From Pirellulales bacterium (GTDB lineage Bacteria; Planctomycetota; Planctomycetia; Pirellulales; UBA1268), in NCBI GenBank assembly GCA_046092585.1, contig JBJTDZ010000133.1, positions 11,727 through 75,726 on the forward strand: a DNA stretch of 64,000 nucleotides. Direction: 5' to 3'. Both the position numbers and the translations under genes were made by a program. The notes beneath the pieces are model-generated. The model saw nothing but the letters and a program-made list of their open reading frames with translations, ran no database searches and was not told where the DNA came from. Shown in pieces: positions 46,011 through 59,626 of the stretch (position 1 is the stretch's first letter; each line of letters starts with the position of its first letter).

Positions 46011-47957
46011 GTGCACACCTTCCTTCCGCGAATACTGACTCTCGTCGCGAGCCTGCTCGTGGCCAGTTCCACCGCGTTCTCCGCCGCGCCGGCTCCAGGA
46101 TGGACGGCCCTGTTCAACGGCCGCGATCTGGCCGGCTGGCGGGGGCGGCCCCACCTCGATCCGGCCAAGGATGCCGAGGGCACGCCCGAGGAGCGGGCGA
46201 AGCGGCAGGCCGAATGGGACGCCGACATGCGGCGGCACTGGACGGTCGCCGAGGGCGCGATCGTCGGCGACGGCCAGGGCGTGTTCCTGACGACCGACCG
46301 CGACTTCGGCGACTTCGAACTCACGCTCGACTGGATGCTTCCCGCGCCGTGCGCCGACAGCGGCATCTACCTCCGCGGCAATCCCCAGGTGCAGATCTGG
46401 GATCCGGCCTGCGAGCGGGACTCCAAGCACGGGGCCCAGAAGGGCTCGGGAGGCCTCTGGAACAACCCCGAGGGCGCGCCGGGCAAGTGGCCGATCGTGA
46501 AGGCCGACAAGCCGATCGGCGAGTGGAACACCACCCGGATCACCATGCAGGGCGATCGGGTGACGGTGGTGCTCAACGGCCAGGTGGTCGTCGACGACGC
46601 CCCGCTTGCCAACCATTTCGCCGAGGGACGGCCGCTTCCGGCCTGCGGCCCGATCCAGATCCAGGCGCACGGCGGGCCGATGCACGTCCGCAACGTGTTC
46701 GTCCGCGACCTGGGCACCTTCGACCTCACCGCGGCCGGCTGGCGTGACCTCGGCGAGGCCGACTTCACGAACGTCAACACCAACCCCGACACGTGGACCT
46801 GGACGCCCGAAGGCGTGGCCTGCACCGGGCAGCCGGTGGGCGTGATCCGTACGAAGGAGCCCGTCACCGACTTCGAGATGTCGCTCGAGTGGCGGCACCT
46901 GTCCGACGGCGGCAACTCCGGCGTATTTCTCTGGGCCCCGAAGGAGGCTCTCGACTCGATCAAGCCGGGCGACCTGCCGCCGGGCGGAATCGAGGTGCAG
47001 GTGCTCGACCACGGCTACACGGCCAAGTACGAGAATGCGACCGGCAAGAAGGCGACGTGGTTCACCACCGACGGCGACGTGTTTCCCGTCGGCACGTCGA
47101 AGATGAAGCCCTTCGCCCCGACGGCCCCCGGTGGCAACCGCAGCTTTCCGAAGGAGCGGCACTCGCGGGGCACGCCGGAGTGGAACCACTACTTCATCAG
47201 GGCGGTGAAGGGCGAGGTGCGTCTCTGGGTGAACGGGCACGAGGTGTCTGGGGGCGAGCAATGCACACCGTCCACCGGATATCTTTGCCTCGAGTCGGAG
47301 GGAGCGCCGGTGGAGTTTCGCCGCATGAAGATCAGGCAGATCGCCGCCCCGACCGAGCCCGCCCCTGCGCCGGCAGAGGAGGGCTTCGTGCCCCTGTTCG
47401 ACGGCAGGACGCTCGCCGGCTGGCAGGGGGCCGTCGACGGCCATCAGGTGGTCGATGGCGAGATCCGCTCGAAGCCAGGCGTGGGCGGCAACCTGCTCAC
47501 GACGGGGGAATACGGCGACTTCGAACTCCGGTTCGATTTCCGCCTCACCCCCGGGGCCAACAACGGTCTCGGCATCCGCGCACCGGCGAAGGGCGACGCC
47601 GCCTTCGAGGGGATGGAGATCCAGATCCTTGACGACGGCCATCCCAAGTACGCCGCCCTGAAGCCCTGGCAGGTTCACGGTTCGATCTACGGCGTCGTGG
47701 CAGCCGCACGAGACTGCCTGAAGCCGACCGGTGATTGGAACGAAGAAACGGTGGTGGTTCGTGGCACGCATGTGAAGGTGATCGTCAACGGCAAGACGAT
47801 CCTCGACGTCGACACGGCGCCATTCCGCGACGGCAAGGCCACGCCCGACGGCCGGCCACACCCCGGCCTCGCCCGCACGAAGGGGCACCTCGGGTTCCTC
47901 GGGCACGGCGATGAGGTGCACTTCCGCAGGATCAGGATTCGCGAACTGAACGATTGA
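46011..47957 (+). CDS. Secreted protein with three DUF1080 (3-keto-disaccharide hydrolase-like) domains
   Basis: Signal peptide. Three modules, each opening with ...FNGRDLAGW / GW..L / FDGRTLAGW and closing with HVRNVFVRDL / EFRRMKIRQI / HFRRIRIREL. GTG start. Confidence 0.85.
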   Translation: MHTFLPRILTLVASLLVASSTAFSAAPAPGWTALFNGRDLAGWRGRPHLDPAKDAEGTPEERAKRQAEWDADMRRHWTVAEGAIVGDGQGVFLTTDRDFGDFELTLDWMLPAPCADSGIYLRGNPQVQIWDPACERDSKHGAQKGSGGLWNNPEGAPGKWPIVKADKPIGEWNTTRITMQGDRVTVVLNGQVVVDDAPLANHFAEGRPLPACGPIQIQAHGGPMHVRNVFVRDLGTFDLTAAGWRDLGEADFTNVNTNPDTWTWTPEGVACTGQPVGVIRTKEPVTDFEMSLEWRHLSDGGNSGVFLWAPKEALDSIKPGDLPPGGIEVQVLDHGYTAKYENATGKKATWFTTDGDVFPVGTSKMKPFAPTAPGGNRSFPKERHSRGTPEWNHYFIRAVKGEVRLWVNGHEVSGGEQCTPSTGYLCLESEGAPVEFRRMKIRQIAAPTEPAPAPAEEGFVPLFDGRTLAGWQGAVDGHQVVDGEIRSKPGVGGNLLTTGEYGDFELRFDFRLTPGANNGLGIRAPAKGDAAFEGMEIQILDDGHPKYAALKPWQVHGSIYGVVAAARDCLKPTGDWNEETVVVRGTHVKVIVNGKTILDVDTAPFRDGKATPDGRPHPGLARTKGHLGFLGHGDEVHFRRIRIRELND

Positions 47958-48008
47958 CGGGCTGGCTCGCGCCCGCCCCACTCCAGCATTCCCGACACGA
48001 GGTCAGCC

Positions 48009-49307
48009 ATGAGCCGCTCCGACTCCGCCGCCCCGGCCCCCACGTTTCGCCTCTGGCTGATGATGGTGCTCGAGTTCGCGATCTGGGGGGCGTGGCTGCC
48101 CCTGATCTGGGGCTACATGGGGGCCGGCGTGGCCGATGGCGGCCTCGGGTATAGCGGCACCGAGATCGCCTGGGTGGGCAGCGCCTTCGCGATCGCCTCG
48201 ATCATGGGGATCTTCTTTTCCAGCCAGTTCGCCGACCGCACGTTCGCGGCCGAACGGTTCATGGCTGTGAGCCACCTCGTGGGTGGCCTGGCGATCCTCG
48301 GAATGTATTGGGCCCGCGACTTCCGCACGTTCTTCAGCCTGATGCTCGTGCACGCCCTGCTCTACGTGCCCACGATCTCGGTGAGCAACTCGATCGCCTT
48401 CACCCACATGAAAAATGCCCAGAAGGAGTTCGGGCTGGTGCGGATGGGAGGCACGATCGGCTGGATCCTCGCCGCCTGGCCGCTCTACTTCATCCTCCAG
48501 GGCAAGACCGGCGCCGAGGCCGTGGCCGCAAGCCGCAGCATCTTCCTCGTGGCGGGCATCACGTCGCTCGCTCTCGCGGCCTACAGCCTCTTCCTGCCGC
48601 ATACGCCGCCCAAGCGGGCGGTGCCCGGTGACAGTGGCTTCGCGTGGCTCAAGGCGACGAAGTTTCTCGCCCATCCCTATCTGCTCGTGCTCTTCGTCGT
48701 CACGTTCATCGACGCCGTGATCCACAACGGCTATTTCGTGATGGCCGGCGACTTTCTCAAGAGCCAGGCCGTCGGCATCAAGCCGGAATGGATCATGCCC
48801 GTGATGAGCATCGGGCAGGTGGCCGAGATCCTCACGATGGCGGTGCTTGGCGCCGTGCTCGCCCGGCTCGGCTGGAAGACGACGATGATCCTCGGCATCC
48901 TGGGCCACGCGGCCCGATTCGCCGTCTTCGCGTTCTTCCCCCAGAGCCAGGCCGTGATCGTGGCAGTGCAGGTGCTGCACGGCATCTGCTACGCCTTCTT
49001 CTTCGCCACACTCTACATCTTCCTCGACGCGGCCTTTCCCAAGGACGTGCGGTCGAGCGCCCAGAGCCTGTTCAACCTGCTCGTGCTGGGCCTCGGCGAC
49101 CTCGCGGCCAAGTGGCTCTTCATCCCGCTGCAGAGCCGACTCACGACGGACGGCACGGTCGATTACCGACAGCTTTTCCTCGTACCCACGTTCATGGCCC
49201 TGGCCGCCGCGGTCGTGCTCGCGATCGCCTTCTGGCCCCCTGCGTCGCTGGCCACCGCCGGCGAGACCGAGGACGACCTCGAAACGGAGCCGCAGACGAT
49301 CACCTGA
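48009..49307 (+). CDS. MFS nucleoside:H+ symporter-family transporter
   Basis: FRLWLMMVLEFAIWGAWLPLIWGYM N-terminus typical of the Nuc_H_symport family. 12 TM helices. Confidence 0.75.
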   Translation: MSRSDSAAPAPTFRLWLMMVLEFAIWGAWLPLIWGYMGAGVADGGLGYSGTEIAWVGSAFAIASIMGIFFSSQFADRTFAAERFMAVSHLVGGLAILGMYWARDFRTFFSLMLVHALLYVPTISVSNSIAFTHMKNAQKEFGLVRMGGTIGWILAAWPLYFILQGKTGAEAVAASRSIFLVAGITSLALAAYSLFLPHTPPKRAVPGDSGFAWLKATKFLAHPYLLVLFVVTFIDAVIHNGYFVMAGDFLKSQAVGIKPEWIMPVMSIGQVAEILTMAVLGAVLARLGWKTTMILGILGHAARFAVFAFFPQSQAVIVAVQVLHGICYAFFFATLYIFLDAAFPKDVRSSAQSLFNLLVLGLGDLAAKWLFIPLQSRLTTDGTVDYRQLFLVPTFMALAAAVVLAIAFWPPASLATAGETEDDLETEPQTIT

Positions 49308-49394
49308 CGCAACCCGCCCAGGCCTCGGGCGTCGGGAAAGGTCTCGACCGCATCTCGGTTATGTGGAGCGGCGATGTGGCAAACCAGATGGGGT

Positions 49395-49431
49395 AGGCGA
49401 GGGGGTCGGCGAACGCTCGAGGAGCCTTGGG
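49395..49431 (+). repeat. 37-nt interspersed element (family 3, second copy)
   Basis: AGGCGAGGGGGTCGGCGAACGCTCGAGGAGCCTTGGG. Here an outer complement CCTCGCC follows at about 49437. Confidence 0.8.
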
Positions 49432-49516
49432 CGTATCCTCGCCCCGGCGACGAGACTTTTGCCGCCCCCGAGCCGGCGATACACGTATCTCGAACGGGCT
49501 CTCGACTCGAGCGGGA

Positions 49517-52441
<2,925 letters not shown>

Positions 52442-52459
52442 CGGAGGGTTCCTTTCAAC

Positions 52460-52521
52460 TGCTGACGCCGGGACGGCAGCGTGAAACTTCTTGCTGACGC
52501 CGGGACGGCAGCATGAAACTT
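52460..52521. repeat. Direct duplication of a 30-nt module (period 32) in the gcvP leader
   Basis: TGCTGACGCCGGGACGGCAGC(G/A)TGAAACTT at 52460-52489 and 52492-52521. One substitution between copies. Confidence 0.95.
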
Positions 52522-52525
52522 GCGG

Positions 52526-52700
52526 AACCCTGTTGTCCTGGAACCTGAGAGATTCACCGCGAATGTCGATCCGCGGCTTGCCCCTTCGGTGGACGCCGCT
52601 GGTGTGCGACGCCGCTCTCCAACAGGTGTGTCGTCAGTCCGTTTGCCTGAGCGTTCAGCCTTCGGCGGTCTTGCGACTCTCTCCTGACTCCGGCAGTCTA
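52526..52700 (-). promoter_or_regulatory. Tandem glycine riboswitch (two aptamers) upstream of gcvP
   Basis: Minus-strand RNA. Aptamer 1: CAGGAGAGAGUCGCAAGACCGCCGAAGGCUGAACGCUCAGGCAAACGGACUG. Aptamer 2: UGGAGAGCGGCG...CCACCGAAGGGGCAAGCCGCGG...AAUCUCUCAGGUUCCAGGACAACAGG. These match the conserved GGAGAG / CCGAAGG / CUCAGG..GGAC cores. Confidence 0.88.
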
Positions 52701-53205
52701 GCCGGCTGGCTCGGGACCGCCAACCGGCCGACTCCCGTGCCCCAATCCTGTTCGGCACGGGATTTGCGCACCAGAAGCCAGGCAACCCTGGCCGACTGAG
52801 GCGAGTTGCGCTCTGGTCGGCCGGGCGTCGCTGGGCTCCCTCTCTGAAACGCGATCAACGCCGCCGGCAGCAGTTACGTCTGCCGGTCGTCGGACAGGAC
52901 CCTGGCTACGATCACGCGGGTCAACGAACTCGCCAGCCTCAAGGCACTCGAGGTCTTCATCGCTTCACGCAAGGAGCCCGCTTTGGCGCAGCCACGGCCT
53001 CACGTGCCCGTGTGGTTCGCTGCTGCGCAGCCGAGTGTTGGACTCAGCGAGGGGCTGCCGGTGCCCCGTCGCCGGCGTTGCTGACCAGCGGAGGCAGGAT
53101 GCCGAAGCGCAGTCAGCATCGAGAGAGCGCAGGCCTGGAGGGCCGCAGCGAACGTCCGGCGACGGGGCATTGGCAGCCCCGAGCCTGCGTCACCGGTGCC
53201 GCTGT

Positions 53206-53233
53206 CCCCATCGCTTACACAGAGTGGGCTTCC
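53206..53233 (+). repeat. Interspersed repeat family 1, solo left module
   Basis: CCCCATCGCTTACACAGAGTGGGCTTCC. Compare 18248-18274 and 60463-60489. Confidence 0.65.
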
Positions 53234-53342
53234 CGGGCGGGGATCTCCGGCGGCAGAGCCCGGTCAAAACCGAGCGATACGGACCAGTTCGCCCCGCATG
53301 TGCCGTGCCGAACAGGATTGCCCGTGTCCCGCATGCCACGGG

Positions 53343-53819
53343 TCACAGTGCGAGGCATGCGAACGCTGCCAGCGATGCCGCCGCCGGGAGCCACCAGCCG
53401 ACCGCGACCGACGGCCCCCAGGCTCTCGCGGCGACGGCCGCGGCGAGCACGGCCACGGCGGCCGCGCACTCGATCGCCAGCACCCGGCCAGGTGCCCGCT
53501 GCACGACGCGGGCGGTGAGAGAGGCTGCGACCACGCTCGCTGCTGCCGCCGCATCGGCCGTCGGTTGACGCACACGGGCCGCAAGAAGCGCCGAGATGGC
53601 GAGCAGCATCGAATACGGGAAGAACAGTTCCCGGTTGCCGCTGACTCGGGAGGCGACGAGCCAGCCGAGGGCAGGCAGGGCGGCGACGAGCGCGGCAGGC
53701 TGCAAGCCTGCCCTGAGGTGCGCCACGCAGGCCACCGCGGCGACCGCCGCCCATGCGGGCCCACCGACCACGTGGGCGACGGCGAGGATCGTCACCTCGA
53801 GGATGATGAACAAGGTCAT
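53343..53819 (-). CDS. Hypothetical multi-pass membrane protein
   Basis: 158 aa from [18 protein letters not shown]. 4-5 hydrophobic helices and strong third-position G+C. Divergent from pckA. Confidence 0.5.
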   Translation of the reverse strand: MTLFIILEVTILAVAHVVGGPAWAAVAAVACVAHLRAGLQPAALVAALPALGWLVASRVSGNRELFFPYSMLLAISALLAARVRQPTADAAAAASVVAASLTARVVQRAPGRVLAIECAAAVAVLAAAVAARAWGPSVAVGWWLPAAASLAAFACLAL

Positions 53820-54032
53820 GCGGTGCCATCCACGTCTGAGCGGCATGCACACGTCGCAGGCCACGCCGGCCGACCAACTCGTTTTCGCCGGAACCCACGG
53901 TGCCGACCGAACCGAGAGGCACAACAAAGCCGTCGCACAGTGTATCGCTGCCGGCAGGACTGCCCGGCCGCCGGCCAGGCCCGATATGATGCCAGAGTTT
54001 GCCTCCCGCCTTTCCTCTTCGTGATCCATACC

Positions 54033-55619
<1,587 letters not shown>

Positions 55620-55632
55620 AGCGAGCATCGCG

Positions 55633-56523
55633 ATGACGCCACCAGACTCCCCGACGATCGGCCTCGACGGCCTCCTGCTGCGGATCGGACGCGGGGACTG
55701 GCTCCCCTTCCTGCCGGCTTCGCTCCGTCGACCGATGGCCCGCGTGGTGCTGCAGATGGCCGTGGCGGCGATCGTGATCGCGGTGGTCGCACCACTGGCC
55801 GATGCCCGCGGGGCGGCGTGGATCGAATCGTCGTTCACCCGCACGCTCGCGGCCCTCGCGGCCACCCGTGGCCTCGACAGCGCGATCTCGCTCGCCCAGA
55901 GTTCGGAGGTGAGCTTTTCGTTCGGGCCCGGCGGCAGCCTGGGGATCGGCCAGGCGCTCGATCCGGTCAACGATCTCGTGGAACAGTATGGGGCGCTCCT
56001 GCTCACGAGCACGACGGCTCTCGGGGTGCAGCGGCTGGGCATGCAGGTGGCCGCAGCGCTCGGCTTCTGGCTTTTCCTGCCGGCGATCGCCGTGGGGGGC
56101 CTCGCCGCCCTCTGTGGCGAGGCGGGCCGCCGCACGCTCGCCGGGTGGAGCCGGCGACTCTTCGGGATCGCCCTCTTCGCCAGGCTGGCGCTGCCGGCGG
56201 CCGGATGGATCGATTCGCTCGTGGCGGAGCGGTTCCTGGAACCGGGCTACCAACAGGCATCGGCGGTGGTGGCCGCCACCACGGAGTCGATCGAGAAGGC
56301 TGAGGCCGATGACGCGGACCGCGCCTGGTGGGAGCGATACAACCCCGTCGACGCCCTCGGCGACCGCGCGCAGAAGATCTACGAGAAACTCGCCACGGTG
56401 GGGGAGTCGATCGTGAACCTGGCGATCTACTTCACGATCTCCACGATCGTGCTGCCGCTGGGCACCCTCTGGCTGCTCTCCCGGCTCACGGGCGTGCTCT
56501 TCTCCGGCCGCGTCGACCGCTGA
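55633..56523 (+). CDS. Hypothetical membrane protein (13 nt downstream of pckA)
   Basis: 296 aa, about 5-6 hydrophobic helices and an acidic helical insert. Coding-like codon bias. No motif recognised. Confidence 0.55.
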   Translation: MTPPDSPTIGLDGLLLRIGRGDWLPFLPASLRRPMARVVLQMAVAAIVIAVVAPLADARGAAWIESSFTRTLAALAATRGLDSAISLAQSSEVSFSFGPGGSLGIGQALDPVNDLVEQYGALLLTSTTALGVQRLGMQVAAALGFWLFLPAIAVGGLAALCGEAGRRTLAGWSRRLFGIALFARLALPAAGWIDSLVAERFLEPGYQQASAVVAATTESIEKAEADDADRAWWERYNPVDALGDRAQKIYEKLATVGESIVNLAIYFTISTIVLPLGTLWLLSRLTGVLFSGRVDR

Positions 56524-56608
56524 CGCCGCGATTCCGCACCGCCACTGAAAGCCCGTCGCGCCCCCGCGGATGCATATCCGCCGAGGCCACAGTCGCTGAC
56601 GGATTCCG

Positions 56609-57559
56609 TCAGTACCGGAAGGCCCCAAGACGGAAATCGGCCCGCCCCACGTAGCAGGGAGAGTCGAGCGGGCCGGGAAACAGCTCGTCGCTCTTCTCGA
56701 GCGCCACGTCCCGCGTCCGCACGAGCGTCAACTCGAGCACCGAGGGCACGGGAATGCCACCGACGATGGCGTAGGGCCGGTGGTTGTTGGCGTGGACGTG
56801 AATCACCCGGTGTCCGGCCGTGAGCACCGCGACCGCCCGTCCGGCCAGCGCCGCGAACTCGGGATCGGCCAGCCGTTCCAGGAAATGCACCTCGATCACG
56901 ATCTGCTTGAACTGCTGCAGGCAGTCATCCGGCAGCGCGGCGAGCACCTCCCATTCGCAGCCCTCGATATCGCACTTGAGAAGCATGTCTCGGCGGCCGC
57001 GGTGGCCGTTCCCGTCGAGCAGCCGCGGGAGCGTCTCGAGGTCGGCGGTCGCCTGCGGGCCGAGGCCGGTCTTCGACCAGTGGAATCGCCCGTGCTCCAG
57101 CGGGAGTCGATCGATGGTGTGGTCGTACTGAAACACGTCGATGCCCCGCTCGGCCATGGCGAGATCCCACGACACCTCGTCGCAGATGCCGATCGAGTAG
57201 GCCACACCGATGCCCGTGAAATCATCGAGCATGACGTACCCCCCGTCGGCTTCCTTGCCGATGCGGATCTTGCCGAACTGCGTCGCCCGCATCGGCTCCA
57301 GCCTGCGGAGAATGGCCGCGACGCGATCCTGCACGCTCGCGGAGTCGTCGTAGACGAAGCCATCGGTCGCCACTGTTCTCCGCGTGACGAACTCGGGCAT
57401 GGCAACGATCGCCCGCACCAGATCGCGGAAGTCGACACAGGATTCCAGGAAAGGCTCGATCTCCGCCGGACCGCGGGGATGCCGCCCCAGGATGTTCGCA
57501 AAGCCCCAGACGACGTCGGCGGCCGACAGCTTCGTGGCGTTTTTCTTGAAACCGAGCAT
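56609..57559 (-). CDS. FkbM-family methyltransferase with DUF4214-like N-terminal segment
   Basis: 316 aa from MLGFKKN. GGYVMLDD...VAYSIGI, LLKCDIEGCEWEVL, IVIEVHF are FkbM hallmarks. Confidence 0.75.
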   Translation of the reverse strand: MLGFKKNATKLSAADVVWGFANILGRHPRGPAEIEPFLESCVDFRDLVRAIVAMPEFVTRRTVATDGFVYDDSASVQDRVAAILRRLEPMRATQFGKIRIGKEADGGYVMLDDFTGIGVAYSIGICDEVSWDLAMAERGIDVFQYDHTIDRLPLEHGRFHWSKTGLGPQATADLETLPRLLDGNGHRGRRDMLLKCDIEGCEWEVLAALPDDCLQQFKQIVIEVHFLERLADPEFAALAGRAVAVLTAGHRVIHVHANNHRPYAIVGGIPVPSVLELTLVRTRDVALEKSDELFPGPLDSPCYVGRADFRLGAFRY

Positions 57560-57808
57560 GGTCGCCGACCTCGGGAACGGCGGTGGGGAGGCTGCACCGC
57601 ACGAACACAACGCCGGCACGCCTCGCGGATGGTACCTCGAACACAGCCCGAACGTCTCCCCGGGATTGCCCAAACTTCGCGGTCGCAAGAAGCCCCGGGC
57701 TCTGGGCTAGCAGTGTGGCCCCCGGCCCGCACGATCGGGATTGCCGGAAATCTTCGTCGATACATCCCTCCACGCGCTGGTCCACCGTGGCCTGGGGAAA
57801 CACGATCC

Positions 57809-58858
57809 GTGCTGACGCTGCATCGTCCTGTTCCCGAAGTTGCCGCCTGCGAGGGACCTGGCCGCCCCCGGTTCTCGGTGATGCTGCCGCCGTATGAGCC
57901 GGGCGAAACACTACGCACGACGCTTCTCTCCGTGCTGCAGCAGGTGCCGCAGCACGAGTCGATGCAGATCGCCATCGTGGACGACGGATCACGGCGGTCG
58001 GACGTGAGAAAGCTCGTGGCGGCGGTCGACACCACGGGACGCGTCGAGATTCACGCCGATGGGCCGCGGCTTGGCATCAGCGGCAACTGGAACCGCTGCA
58101 TCGAGCTGGCACGGGGGCACCTCGTGCACCTCCTCCACCAGGACGACCAGGTGCTGCCCGGCTTCTATCGCCGAATGGCGCAGGCCTTCGCCGACGCGCC
58201 ACGGATCGGCATGGCCTTCTGCCGCAGCCGCATCGTCGACGGCGAGGGCAGGCGATTGAAGACGAACTCTCGGCTGCGGTGGTGGCGGGGCGTGCTGCCC
58301 AACTGGTTGCCCACGATCGCCACACGCCAGCGGATCCAAACCCCATCGGCGATCGTGCCCCGCACCACCTACGAGACCCTCGGCGGATATCGCGGCGACC
58401 TCCCGCAGACACTGGACTGGGAGATGTGGGTGCGGATCGCGGCGCGGTTTCCGGTCTGGTACGACCCCAAGCCGCTGGCCGTGTTTCGCCGTCATGCCGG
58501 AAGCGAGTCCGCAAGGCTGCTGTCGAAGGGTGAGGCCTGGCCGGATCTCGTGCGGGCCATCCACGCCAATGCGCAGTCCTTGCCGGACGACCGTCGCGAG
58601 TCACTCATCGGCAGCAGTGCACTGTGGCATGCCGGGTCGGCGCTTCGCGAGGCCCGGCGACAGGTGATCCGCGGCGACCACGGGGCCGCGGAACACACGC
58701 TCTCCCACGCCCGTGACATGATCGAACTGGGGCGCGAGTCCGCTCGGCGGTCCGCCCTGCTCACGCGGGCGGACCGGCTCGAGCACCAGTGCCGGACACG
58801 TCGCGACGCGGCCGCCGCCGTTGCCCTGCCCACTCCGGGGCTCCGTCGGGCCGCCTGA
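57809..58858 (+). CDS. Glycosyltransferase family 2
   Basis: FSVMLPPYEPGETL...IAIVDDGS...LLHQDD (DxD-like). Start tentatively at GTG 57809, because the first ATG would remove the beta-1 strand. Confidence 0.75.
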   Translation: MLTLHRPVPEVAACEGPGRPRFSVMLPPYEPGETLRTTLLSVLQQVPQHESMQIAIVDDGSRRSDVRKLVAAVDTTGRVEIHADGPRLGISGNWNRCIELARGHLVHLLHQDDQVLPGFYRRMAQAFADAPRIGMAFCRSRIVDGEGRRLKTNSRLRWWRGVLPNWLPTIATRQRIQTPSAIVPRTTYETLGGYRGDLPQTLDWEMWVRIAARFPVWYDPKPLAVFRRHAGSESARLLSKGEAWPDLVRAIHANAQSLPDDRRESLIGSSALWHAGSALREARRQVIRGDHGAAEHTLSHARDMIELGRESARRSALLTRADRLEHQCRTRRDAAAAVALPTPGLRRAA

Positions 58859-58942
58859 GACGAGCAGCGCGGAGGGCTACCCTTCGAATCGCTTCGTGAC
58901 TACAGTTTTCCTATCCGAGTTTCCTGGAGACGCCACGACGCC

Positions 58943-59431
58943 ATGATCAGCCCGAAGATTCAAAACCTGCTCAACGCCCAGCTGAACCGCGAATATTCCT
59001 CCAGCTATGCCTACCTGGGCATGGCGGCCTACGCGGAGTCGCTGTCGCTCGTGGGCTTCGCCCACTGGCTCCGGGTTCAGCACCGCGAAGAGATCGAGCA
59101 CGCCCTGAAGATCTACGAGTACATCAACGCCCAGAACGGCCGGGTCGCACTTGGCGCGATCGAACAGCCGCGGGCCGAATACTCGAGCATGTTCGAGGTG
59201 TTTCAGAAGGTGCTCGAGCACGAGAAGTACATCACCACGTCGATTCACGAACTCTACGGCGCCGCCGAAGCCGAAAAGGACTACGCGACGAAGACGTTTC
59301 TCGCCTGGTTCGTCAGCGAGCAGGTCGAGGAAGAGAGCGAGGCCCAACTCATGGTCGACAAACTCGCCATGATCGGCGACAGCAAGGGCTCGCTCCTGTA
59401 TCTCGACAAGGAAGCGAAAAAACGCGAGTGA
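58943..59431 (+). CDS. ftn: Ferritin (non-heme, bacterial Ftn type)
   Basis: LNAQLNREYSSSYAYLGMAAY, HREEIEHALKIYEY, LEHEKYIT: the ferroxidase-centre Glu/His pattern. Confidence 0.92.
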   Translation: MISPKIQNLLNAQLNREYSSSYAYLGMAAYAESLSLVGFAHWLRVQHREEIEHALKIYEYINAQNGRVALGAIEQPRAEYSSMFEVFQKVLEHEKYITTSIHELYGAAEAEKDYATKTFLAWFVSEQVEEESEAQLMVDKLAMIGDSKGSLLYLDKEAKKRE

Positions 59432-59626
59432 CCGCCGCTTCGTGTCCGTGCCGAAATGACCACACCGAAGCCTCGGGACGAGGAATTATTTCCGCTCGCA
59501 GCCCCAGGCTGACGTTCGGCAGAAGCGACGCCGCGGCCAAGGCTTCGGCCACAAACGCACGCACGGGTTCCCCTGGTCAACGGTGAAGCTGTCGTTTTGT
59601 TGGCCGCCTGCCCGCACCCCTCGCCG

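Noticed and set aside
42728-47981. 760-aa and 740-aa minus-strand ORFs (42728-45010, 45759-47981)
   Set aside because: They are mirror frames of NagB-LmbE, Gfo/Idh/MocA and the DUF1080 protein, all of which have clear motifs on the plus strand.
53012-53568. 168-aa and 177-aa plus-strand ORFs between the riboswitch and pckA
   Set aside because: They have Arg/Pro/Ala-rich low-complexity translations, overlap the better-supported minus-strand membrane-protein ORF, and start within repeat elements.
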